From Trichosphaerium sp. ATCC 40318 (Eukaryota > Protista > Tubulinea): DNA of 32,750 nucleotides. The DNA is taken from positions 1 to 32,750 of the forward strand of contig JALMLS010000167.1 of the NCBI GenBank assembly GCA_038496445.1, in the 5' to 3' direction. The notes below the pieces were generated by a model, which searched no databases, was not told the DNA's origin, and was given only the letters and a program-made list of their open reading frames with translations. The translations under genes were made by a program, and so were the position numbers. Positions 11,504 through 22,948 of this stretch are shown piece by piece; the first letter of the stretch is position 1; each line of letters starts with the position of its first letter.

Positions 11504-12940
11504 TTATTGGCCTATTTTAATTGCAGCACTACACAGTCCACCAGAGCAATATTTGCAAGTAGCTTGATCGCAATCAGTATCAACAACACAGTGTGAATTA
11601 CATGGGAGACCAACAGAGCACCTAGAGCTTACACATCTAACACAAATTGTTACAATACACCTTGGTTGATATTAGTGACAGTACTTGGAACACTTTCCAC
11701 CACATGCATTGTTGTTAGAGCAAGGAGCACCACATTGATCGGATGGCTGACATTTACCTTAATCAGACGTTGTTAGAATAGTATTGTATAGTTATGTAAT
11801 GTTACCTTCTTTGCATTGACCACATCCAGTTAAAACTTCATAAAACCGTTTAGAAACACGTGCCATAAAATTTAAAACTAAATAACGTACCACCGTTACA
11901 ATCACTGTTAGAAGAGCATGTATCATTGCAGGCAGTAACACAATGTTGTGAGTTACAAGTAGTACAATGTCCTAAAGATAATACTTAATTTGTACCAAAA
12001 CCAAGACTTGGTGACTCTCGTGACGGCCACGTGTTCTAGTTTGTCGAAAATATTCAAGGAACTTAGTTCCTGTAGGTACCTTGATCTCTACAGTCGCTAT
12101 CAATGAGACAAGTGGAGCCACAACCACCAACTTGGCATCTTTGATCGATACATTGCTTACAAGAAGTACCTAAAGAAAAGTCAAAAAAGTACAACAAAAT
12201 CATCTCAACAAATACTTACCTGGGTACAAACACTGTTGCGCTGTCTCACACACTTCACCGCATTTAGAATAGCACTTATTGTTAACACAAGAGTGACAGA
12301 CGGCTAGAAATTCACAAATTAAAACAAACTTTCAAGTTTGTGAAAAAAAGATCCGGCAGAAGTTCTTAAAACGTACATCCATAGCAGTCTAGGTCTGTAT
12401 CACAGTAGCTGAAGCAGTTACCTCTTCCTTGGCACTTTGTGTTTCCAGGAGTGCCTAGAATAGCGTTAAAACATTACCATTTGAACCCCAAAGCTTTAAA
12501 AACTAGGTTCTTAGCGTACCTCTGCAAACAGGACAACTTCCGTTTTGCGCGCAGTCTGTACCGACTAAACAAGAAGAACCACATGGTAGACCAGCGCCAC
12601 AACGACCTATACAATGATTAATACGCTAATAACTTCTCTTTGGAGTATTCTAGTTGTTTTAAATGTCGTACCATTGTCAAGACACTTGGAGCAACGGTAG
12701 TCGTCTTCACAGTCTTAATAGTCGTGTTAGAGTGTAAAATAAGCTAGTTTAACCAAGTTTATGAGGTACCGTTGTTATTTGAGCAGAAGCCACCGCATCC
12801 ACTCGCGTCTACGTTAACAAAAGGTTAGTTTCTCGATGGTAGTTTCTGTGTCCCACAAAAAAGTTCAATCACGTGCCTGTTGATTGAAGGGATAGTAAAG
12901 CGATTAATACTACAGCAAGGCAGGTATAATGAAGAAACAT
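11504..12940 (-). CDS. Secreted cysteine-rich protein made of 8 tandem six-Cys knottin-like modules (11 exons; first intron GC-AG)
   Basis: Signal peptide MFLHYTCLAVVLIALLSLQSTDA, then 8 modules C-x3-C-x5-C-x(3-6)-C-x2-C-x(4-8)-C, e.g. CGGFCSNNNDCEDDYRCSKCLDNGRC, CGSTCLIDSDCRDQGHCTTCNSQHC, CNSHCVVDTDCDQATCKYCSGGLC. All exons join in frame to the TAA at 11504. The ORF track misses it completely. Confidence 0.9.
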
Positions 12941-13319
12941 GTCAAATGTAATCTGTTTATTGTTGAAATGAGTTTAAGTAAGCTCAGTTTCTTGTTCAGC
13001 GAATTCAAGAAAGTTACTGAGGTCACAAGAGCAAGCAATTCAGTGTTGTAGGAAGTCTATTTATCGTATCACCAGGCATGCTTTTCTCCTTTAAGTTGAC
13101 TCATACTCCACAATGATAGAGTTGTTGCAAGTTTAAATTAACTTCGTTTATTCTCGAACCAACAAAGAACAATTGTATCTTGAAGAATGTTCAGTGCCTG
13201 TGCTTGATTGTGCGTTTCTCAATATACCAATTGGAAGTAAGAGACTCAAAGTATTCCAGGAGTTATTGATTCATGCTTAAAGGATTGAACTTAGGTTTAT
13301 TACAAATACAATCCGGCAT

Positions 13320-14586
13320 TCAAAAAGACATATCAATCTTGCTTATACAGTTAGATTTATGAACAAAATACAAAGCATCTCCATGCCATATTGGACTTAG
13401 TATGTTAACAATGCCAACCATTGGAATCTTTACCAAATCTTTTGTCTCAATGAACAAACAATACAAGCTATGATCATTGTAATGCGTTTCTTTATCATTA
13501 ACAAAAAGTAAACATCCTAACAGATTGTTAATGACCAAGCTTAGTGTTCACTCTTCTGCCTGTTGGTACCTTTGGAATAACAAAACTTCCTTGCAACAAA
13601 ATCAGGAAGCTTGTAGAAGAGCTCTGTTACAAAGTCTTTGTTTGTTTTATAAATGGAGCTACCACAAACAAAGTAGATGTTTTCATTGTTGTCAACTACA
13701 ATCCAAGAAGTAGGTGCTTTGTTGTTATCTGAAGCAATGATTTGACAGTGTAAAGGTGCCACATTTGGCATTTGAGGGTGTTTTATATATTCCAGCTGGA
13801 AACCATTATGATTAGTAAAGAAAACATGTCCGTGAGCAATTGCAACTGCTCCAATAGCGTTGATTTTATTGCTGTCCTTTTTTATTAACTGTTTGAGCTC
13901 TTCAGACTGACTGTCTATGTATACTATTCCCTAAAAATGCAATGAGAATTACAATAAGCAAACTAGAATTTTCAAGTCTTTTTGCTTGTCATGCGAACAA
14001 TAGCGGAGCACATACCCTGTATCCACTATTGACAATAAATATGTTATTCCATTTATCTACTGTAGTGACACAAGTAAATCCGAGGTTACCAGCAGTGGCT
14101 TTGAATGTGCTAACTTTATTTGTTTTAATGCACAACTTGCGTATCGAATGGTTATCACTGATAATGAGCTTAAACAAGTAACATGAGTTGTGGAAAACAT
14201 AGAAGAAACCTCAAATGCGGATTCAGATGCGTACATCACCCATATTATCAACAGTCACGTAATTAATGTGTTTAAACATGGCAGATTTGAGCGCATCACC
14301 TACATCCATCAAATCATGTAAAACCCAACTAGTATCCATTTTTGTACCATCTTGGTGTCCATATTCATAGCCACCTCCTGCTACTCTGGTTACCTTGTGG
14401 TTACTCTTCAGGAACTAATTTGGACAAAATAAGCGTAGAAATGAGTGAGGAACTGTACTTTGTATAGCGGCATGATTCAGCAATAAACGTAAACAAAGAA
14501 CACGTGAGCATGGTGTTTCTTAGATACGATGGGCTGTTAGCATACTCAATGATGTAAAGTAGTATTTCAGGAGGTAACTGTTCCAT
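13320..14586 (-). CDS. F-box + NHL-like beta-propeller protein, multi-exon
   Basis: F-box MEQLPPEILLYIIEY...MLTCSLF. Spliced NHL-type repeat VTRVAGGGYEYGHQDGDALKSAMFKHINYVTVDNMGDLIISDNHSIRKL, with further VDKWNNIFIV and VDNNENIYFV blades. The first junction needs an unusual acceptor or one extra A. Confidence 0.75.
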
Positions 14587-15005
14587 TCGCTAACCCTATA
14601 TTTCTGTATGCAACGCTAAAGTCAAATAAAGTAATTATCACGTGATACTAAAACTCGTTATCTTGTACCTCTCTAACATATATCTGGACGTTACGGAACT
14701 TGTCACTCGTGTATTTATACGTACTTCACGAGCTGACATGTACTTTGTGGGTTGATATTATGCTTAACTCAGTTGAACGAGATGAAAATGTACAAAAATC
14801 AGATGAGAAAAAAAACAAGAAAGGCATCATATAACCAGTACCACTCACAGTACAATATTGTTTTAGCTAACAAAGCTACAACAAAAAGAGAACAGATGGA
14901 CGGTATTGTCTCTCGCCTTCGTGTATTCATGCGATTAACCGTCAGAAACATAATTGCTTTATTTATGAGCTTAGCAATGTTGGCTTATTGTTTATTTACT
15001 AAGGT

Positions 15006-18000
15006 TTAGACTGCTAATTTAGTACTCAGGCTAAGAGGCGTTCCAAACAATGCAACGAATCCTCCCTCACAAAACCCAATATTTTGTACTCCTACACGTT
15101 GCTGAGTGAGACAAAAGTTGTGGATTGGTTTTTTTTGGAAAAGTACCTGAAAGTCTTCTACACTTCTCCGCAAGTGGCATACGATCACCCCATCTCCAAA
15201 CTATTTTCTGTAAGTTGCTGGTAACAAATACATCTAAACGTACCTTGTCCAAGAGCCGAAACTACCACGACAGTATGTCTGTGAGCAAACACTTTAGCAA
15301 TACTATCATTTGGTTCCAAGTTAAGAATAACAACTTCTTGTACTGCTTCAGCAGTATTGTTGGTCGATTGATTTGCTATAACAGGGCCACGTATACCATC
15401 ACCAACTAAATGCGGTTAAAAGAAGAGGATACTTGTGATTGTGCTTAAACATACGTGTGCAGCTACCAAGTTGGCCTTTGCTGTTAGCACCAAAAGTGTA
15501 AACGCTTCCATCTGAGCACAAAATAACAGCAAAATCAATACCACATGCAGCCTTAATGATTTTCTTATCTGGAATAGAAAACTCTGTAAACGAAGCATAT
15601 TTGGGGTCGTCATCTTCAGTAAGATCGAATAGTTTACCATGGTAGTAGGCAGTTCCTTGTTGAAAAAAAGAAGTAAGAAAAAAAACAAGAAAACAACTAG
15701 CGTTTACCTGTTGATGTGACTGCAATAAAGTTATATGGTCCAGCAGCTATATACACAAACTTGCTTGAACCCGTGGTTTCTTTTCCAGATACCATGGTTG
15801 GATAAGGAGGATACTTAAAGTCAAAAAGTTCAGTTTCTTTCGGCACAGAGCACACTTCACCCCAAAGATAAAGAGCTCCTTTAAAAAGAATTTAACCAAT
15901 GTGAACGGAATATAATAACATACCAGTACTATCCAATGCAATAACAAATCCTTCTCCACATGAGAAATCAACAATAGAAGTATAGAGAAGAGACTTGAAG
16001 AACATTAAAAATACAAACAAATTGCAACTTGAGGAGACGTACTTGTACTAGCCTTGGAGCATATGCTGGCTGATAACCAGCATGTCCAAGTGCCCCAGTA
16101 TCATTCATACCCTTTTTTGATTTAGTAAAAAAGTCACGTGATGTAAAACCAGCAGACGTACACAAGTATAGAGATTTCCAGAAGTGCTCAACAATACAGA
16201 AAACAAAATCTTCGTTGTGATGAAAGTTGATGATCCTACTTTGCAAATACCTTCAAGAGGTATACTTTCTAGAATACACTCATGTTCCCTAACATGACTT
16301 CCCCAAGTACCAACACGGCCAGTATGGTCACAACATATAACATGATGTAGGTTATTCAACCTGACCAAATACGCAATAGAGTTACTATCTGCAGGCTGGT
16401 GAAGCAAACTAGTAGGTGTTTGAATAAACGAAACTGCTCCACCTTTTAATTTTTCTCGGTAAAATGATAGTGTTCCTGGTAATCTATTGACTGTATGATC
16501 CGAATACAACGGTGGATAGAAATAAACTCCATAGCGTGTAAAAATACGGATGAAACAAGGAGGTTTTGAATCTAAGTCAATGTCAAAAAAAAAAAGAGAC
16601 TTAACTTGTTTTATAGGTACCTTCGTCATCATAAACACCAATTACACCAAGTCCACTCATCCCATAAAATATGTCTTTAATATTGCCTATTAAATATTTA
16701 ATCATTTCAAACTACAAAAAGGGGTAGAAGTTACATGCCTGTTGGGATTACTAGTTTTGTTTCATTTGCTGGAAAAACATATTTCGTCTTCTCGTCACCG
16801 CCTCTCCTACCTTGAGAGTGTGATATTTCATCCTTACTTACATTATAATGTATAACTAAGTCGTCTCCCCTCTTAACATGAGGAGGGATAGCATAATACC
16901 GATCAGTTATTGACAAAATAGTAAACTCGTCTTTTAAAGCAAACCAAGAACTTGGAACTAATATCGAGTTTTTGTTGCTGTAGTTGCATACTGCATAATA
17001 ATTAATTAGCTTGGCGATTAAAGAAGTTCTCAGCAACAATGTATAACATCACAAAGGAGTTGTGCGCCGTTTGTTAAACGTACCATATTTTATCCAAGCT
17101 CTAACTTCAAAACTATCGTGAGGGTATGATTCATCTTGGATTACATTAAAGTTATCAGGTGGTTTTACGTATTCTAGTTGCATCGGATTAAACAATCTTT
17201 CGCGGTATGCTTCTCCTTGTCCTTTATCATATACAATAGGTATAGGAACAGGAGTATAGAATACATTACTACCAACAGAGTAAGAGAAAAGAAAAAAAAA
17301 CGCAAACAAACAGGACATACCGATTACTCTCAATGTCTCCAGGGAAGGGATATTGATGATAAGCAACCCTAAATTGATATACCCTTTGATTTTTGTGAGT
17401 TTAAAAAGCTAAGTTACTAGCGCGCAGAGATATAGTACCAGTGCAAAATGAGTCTGACTTTTGCTTCTTTGTGGAATATAATTGTCAAGATATTTACAAT
17501 AATCATTATTATTGGGTCATGACTGTAATTTCTCGTTAATTAAACATAAAAAAACCGTTGACCAAACCTTGTATTATCCCAAGAAAAGGCCTCTTTACCG
17601 TATATCAAGGGAAAGTCTAAGAAAAAAATGAGAAAGTAACTGTGAAACAAACGTTATGTTACTTGAAGAATGTTTGATGCCATAAAGAGCCTGCATTAAA
17701 TATTTTGTCGCTTCTTCATATTTCTAAGTTATATAAGTAGGTAGCACTATTAAAAAACCACATACCCTTTCTTGAAAAAACGCCATACCACGAACAAGAA
17801 AATAACGAATAAAAATGCCAACTGGTATTTGAGGTCCCTCTGTTGATTGTTGTATAGTAACAAGAGCTTTGTTCGCAGTTTCAACTAACGTATCTGAAGA
17901 TACACCTTCTTTGAGGGCATCTAAAACCGCATCAAAAGCCAAGTACATAACATGGGACTACCTTCCAATATTTTAGCCAAAGTACCGCCGGCTTGGTTGT

Positions 18001-21000
18001 TAATGGATTCTTGAACTCCTTCTTGTGAGCCTATTTTTGGTCCTTTCACTGTGGCGTTGATTGATACTATGTCTTCAATTTCAAACGGTTGTGTTTTCTC
18101 AAAGAGATTAGGATCAGATACTAACGCCTCCTTCTTTTCGAAGCGTATCTGGATACCAATCTTTTCTTCAAGCGTCTAAATATATTAACATTACTTAACC
18201 TTTACACTTGAAATGTACATTGAGGAGGGAGTTTTTATTAATGGAAGACCTACGAAGTTATAAGATACTGTATATAGTAATATCTCACCTCATATCATAC
18301 TTTCCAAGACCTTCGTCTTGGTCTAATGGAGAGCCAATCTAATACAATTTCAGAAAAAACAGTTGTAAATAAATGGCAAGTCACGCACTTGTGCGTATTT
18401 CAACATGATTTGAAGCTTTAAAACTTCTCTCCACAGAACATCAGCAGCTTTGTGGTGACCAAATACAAGGTTGAGTATACTCACAACCTTTTCAGTAACA
18501 CAACTGTCACTTAAGTCAGGGAGAGCACGAAAGTGCCTTAGAGTCATATTTTTAATACAACGTGCAGCCATTTCGGCTAGTATAAGGCTGTAAATAATAA
18601 ATTAGCAAACAGCGGTAACACAAACGGAAAAATACTTAAAATAAATAACCTACAGTCCGAGGCCAATGTGCTTCTCGGAAAGCCAAAAAAAAACAAAATA
18701 AATGTTACTTAAAAACCTGTTCGTAGCTGTTTGTCATGTACCTAGAAGTTTGAAAAATAGAAATACGAGAACGCAAAAGACCCAAGTATCTTAAATTAAT
18801 ACCATGTTCATGCATATGTTTTACGATGTCCTCACTCGAAGTAAAGACAATTTCATGTGATTCTATTTTGTGCACTAATCTACAGTGGTTGTTAGACCTA
18901 CCAACTAGTTTTTAATCTATAGCGTACTCTCCAATTTTCTCTTGTCTCATGAAGGTTGTAGCTTCAAATACTTCTGGATCATTCACTGCTTTATCATGCG
19001 AGCCAAAGTTTGTACACTAAACCGAAAAAAGTAAGAATAAAAGATTCAAAAACCGGATTTCTTTCAATGAGGACATACAGCATCAGAACTAAGAGGTTTT
19101 TTGTAATTTATAACAAGTTCTGGACGTGTTTGATAGTAAAGTGATCTGCCAGAAAGACTGTAGAGCATTAGAATTAGGTAGGTATCAAGTAAACAACAAA
19201 CGGACCCAAAGACCAAATACACATCACCATAAATAGGCTGTCCCGCTATTATAGATACTACTCTATTTAAGGGGGTTTCTGTATCTATTAATAGAAATAA
19301 GTTTAGAGGTTGTGGGAAACGCTAATATGACTGTACCATTGTCACCAATGATCACTCCTTCGGAAATTTTTATCACTTTTTTATTTTTCAACAGATTTTT
19401 GATTCTTCTAAAGACAGTGTTAAGGTTAAGTTATTAAGCTCCTAATCATATCCATAGTAACATACGGGATACTTAGATCATGAACAAACATTTTTTGATC
19501 ATGTTTTACTTCAACAACTAAAGCAGCATGTTTAGTTGCAGTGAAAAAAAAGCCAAACAGCTTACCGTTTCTGTACCCACAAGTGTGCTCGGGTGGAAAT
19601 ACTCTTGCAGTATCTAGTACATAATAACATCCATCTTTACCAAGATGTACTTCAATATCACATGGAGCAGCTAGCAAGACCTTTTGCTTTGAAACCGTAT
19701 GCTCCTTAATATTTAAATGTATTGCACACTGCTTCATTATTTGAGCTACTTTAGGATCAAACATACACGTCTTCCCTGCATCATCTACAACTTGTATTAA
19801 TTTCACTGTATCTAATTTTCACGTGCTAGATCCATAAAGAAGTGTTGATGTGGTATCTATGGGTAACAACGGTGCTGCAAGCAAACGGTAGCCTCTGAAA
19901 AAAAAAGTCATTAAAGTAACTTTCGTTTTATTTTGACGTACTTGTAATCAATGGTGATTAACAGGGGCACTCGTAATTTTCCTGGTAGTTTGTATTGCAT
20001 AACTACATTACGATACGCTTCCAATCCAATTAATTCAAGATTTGCTAAAAGAAGTATCACAGCGTCAGTATTCCAACCAAATATGAAACAACGCACAAAC
20101 TTTTTTAGCAAATCCATCATTATCATAGAGACCATGGGTGTCAATACAGAATTTGAAGAAAATCCTGATACCTATTATGTATGAGACATATTTAGGATAA
20201 TAATTACTTACTATATACTTCTCTCCACCTGCTACACCACCTTGAAAAATCTTGAGTTTACAAAAAAAAAATCACAAAGTACTAACCAACGTTCACTGGT
20301 TGTATACTTCTCATATTTGGAGGCTTTTTATACTCATTTATTATAGTGCACCCAATTTCTTTTGCTCTAATATTAAACGCTTCAACAATTGAAGCTAGCT
20401 CTACGAAATCAGCAGCATCAACAGCATCTTGAAAGAGAGTGTTCCAGTTGTAAACACCTACAATTAACAAAAAAACTTTAGCTATTCGGTTGGATGACTA
20501 CCAAAAATTACAATAGCTCCTAGAGGAGTTACACTAATTCGTAGGTAACAAAAAACATATATAATACATACTAACACTTATCACAAACTGACGAAAATAT
20601 CGTACCTCCTTTCTTATATTTTTCTTCTTTTTGTGAATAATTTTTAATATCGCTTGCAGTATCGCTTGTGTTATCTTTTATAGCCTCAGGATTTGTATCC
20701 TTAAATTCATTCGTATATCCTTGAATATTGGAAGGTATAGTATACGCCTTTTAAAACAAGTTAAAGAGGGTGAAAACAAGCCAAAACGTCAAGTCCAAAA
20801 AAAAATTAACCGCATTACGCACTGTGGAGTAATTGACTTGAGTATCATCCGAAACATCTTCCTCCGTGCCGTAGAAGCCCAATTTGGCCATATTTAGTGT
20901 ATAAACGTATGCTGTTGGGTCTTCAGGTAAAGACGCTCCAGAGTTCTCTACATAGTAGTATTCTGCCTCCAAATTGGCGTTTAGCCTCTTTAAAGTAATT

Positions 21001-21424
21001 AAACAGTGTATAAGTAGGTATAATGGTACGAACTTCGACATTAGCATCGCTGACGCTATATTGTGGTGCTGAACAGTATCCTGACTTGTTTTCGTTTAAT
21101 TCTTCTGTAACGTCTTCATTTTCCTTCCATGGATTCAAAAACCACTTAAATAGCCCGCTGTCATCTCCTTGACGCCTTCGCTTTGGGCCTCGGCCAGGTG
21201 TAAAATAGGTTACGCCACCATGCGCACCTCCTCCCAAATTTACCCTGTGACCACTTCTCATAAGTTTACGAAGTAGTTGTAAGCTTGGTGAATGCCTAGC
21301 CGAAGATGGAAAGTGGAGACTACTTTACTAAACGTTTGATGAACGACTTAATTTGTACAAAATTTCCCTTCTGAGTTTACAACGAGTGGGTTTCTAACGT
21401 ACCGCCACATCTGAGATTGTGGCA
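15006..21424 (-). CDS. Large Clu (clustered-mitochondria/eIF3-p135-like) domain protein with C-terminal RCC1-like repeats; 5' end uncertain
   Basis: Clu-family motifs after splicing: GGVAGGEKYI, FKFCIDTHGLYDND...NLELIGL, VPLLITIDYKGYRLLAAPLLPI, LLYGSNDAGKT, APCDIEVHLGKDGCYYVLDTARVFPPE, RPELV..YKKPLSSDA, MHEHGINLRYLGLLR, ILAEMAARCIKN. RCC1 motifs: STSGNLYTCGMNDTGALGH and IIKAACGIDFAVILCSDGSVYTFGANSKGQLG. The junctions I checked between the two parts are in frame; not all were checked. Confidence 0.8.
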
Positions 21425-22114
21425 TAGTACACTTCAATACGAAACTTCTGAGAATGACTAGTGATCCCTAGAAATGACAACTTTTAGTGGAATAGTCATT
21501 CCATGAAACATAATCTGTAAAGTCACGTCTGTAGGTATATCTTTAGACATGTTTCTGGCTCAAGCTGTCTAATATTCGCTATTGTTTACCATTTTTAACG
21601 GTACTCAGAGTGCTTGAGTTAATTGAAATACTGGAAGGTTATATTACATGCTACCAAAAATTGCAATGCCTCAAACTTACCTATACGAATTGCATCAATC
21701 ACTCATGACATCTCACCAAGCAAACTTCACTTATGCTGTCTCATTAATGAAGTAAGAAATAGCAGCATTCTCTAGATCATAACTTCGCACCTATCACTTA
21801 CAATACAACTTGAGGAGTTGCAACTCTTGCACGATTTCTTCCAAAGAAGGGGTTGACGATAGAGCAGAAACAAAGCAATACAAAAACTTGAGTCGTACTA
21901 CATTGATTGATTATCCTTTTAGCGTCCCTGATTTCACTGATTACTAGACACACCTTACTATTGTAGATGGTTTGGTGTTTAATAAGATAAATGGTAATGA
22001 TCAACCAGTATCGTGTATAGTAAAACGAAGCTGATCGATTTTGATGATTGATTTTCTGTCGCGATAAGTAGCACCACACTTAAACGTACATCATAAATAT
22101 ACAACCAAACACAA

Positions 22115-22804
22115 ATGACAACTAAACGCAAACAAGTACACTAAAAATTATATTCCCTTCGTTTTAAACAGCTAACCAAAGCATAGAATAATCCAATTGA
22201 AAGAAAACTGCACTTATTCGATCTACCATTTGAATTGCATCTTGAAATTGTTGATTTGGACCCTGAAGTGTATATTAAATGGCCTCTACTATCTAAACAA
22301 AGTGCCAGTATGAGATTTGATTTCTCCTCTCAATCAGTAAAGAAGAGCGGTAAATGGAAGAAATTCAGCCGTGAAGAAGGAAGCTTGAAAAAAAAGCAAA
22401 GGCAAGACTGGGTTAATGATAAATTCCAAGGAAGTTACAAAACGTGGCATGAAAATGGACAGTTGAAAAAACACTTTCATTACTCAAAAGGAAGACTTAA
22501 TGGTCATTGTACTGAGTGGCGTGATAATGGTAATTTACGTATGCAAGCTTATTGTATAAATGGTAAAAGACATGGTGAGGTATTAAAGTTTCATAACAAT
22601 GGTCAAATTGAAGCACATTGTATATGTATCAATGGTAAGATTGACGGATCCTACAAAGAGTATCATGATAACGGTCAGCTTCGTCAACAATTGCAATACG
22701 TCAATGGCATGCGCCAGGGACTATTCAAAATGTGGAATTCTGAAGGGTACTTGGTTGATAAAGGTATCTTTGTTAACAATCAATTTATTGGCAAAGCAAA
22801 TTGA
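22115..22804 (+). CDS. F-box-like N-terminus + MORN-variant (YwqK-type) repeat protein, paralog of 3775-4459
   Basis: Short first exon MTTKRKQ, a GT-AG intron, then NNPIERKLHLFDLPFELHLEIVDLDPEVYIKWP. Five 24-aa repeats G.Y..WH.NGQL......NG follow. The N-terminus aligns with LPVEIHRLIYELDREVFMAWP of the other gene. Confidence 0.85.
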
Positions 22805-22948
22805 TTTCCAAACAACGAAGACGTCTATTTCAAAAATTGTAACACTATTTGTTGGCGACTAGTTTACTTGGTACAATACTGAACATATTTCCATTTGACA
22901 TCTATCTACAACTGCAATCGATATTGGACAACCAAAAGCAATACTAGA

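Noticed and set aside
22235-22804. Bacterial YwqK antitoxin or contaminant
   Set aside because: It has a spliced first exon, an F-box-like start, an intron-bearing paralog in the window and no adjacent toxin gene.
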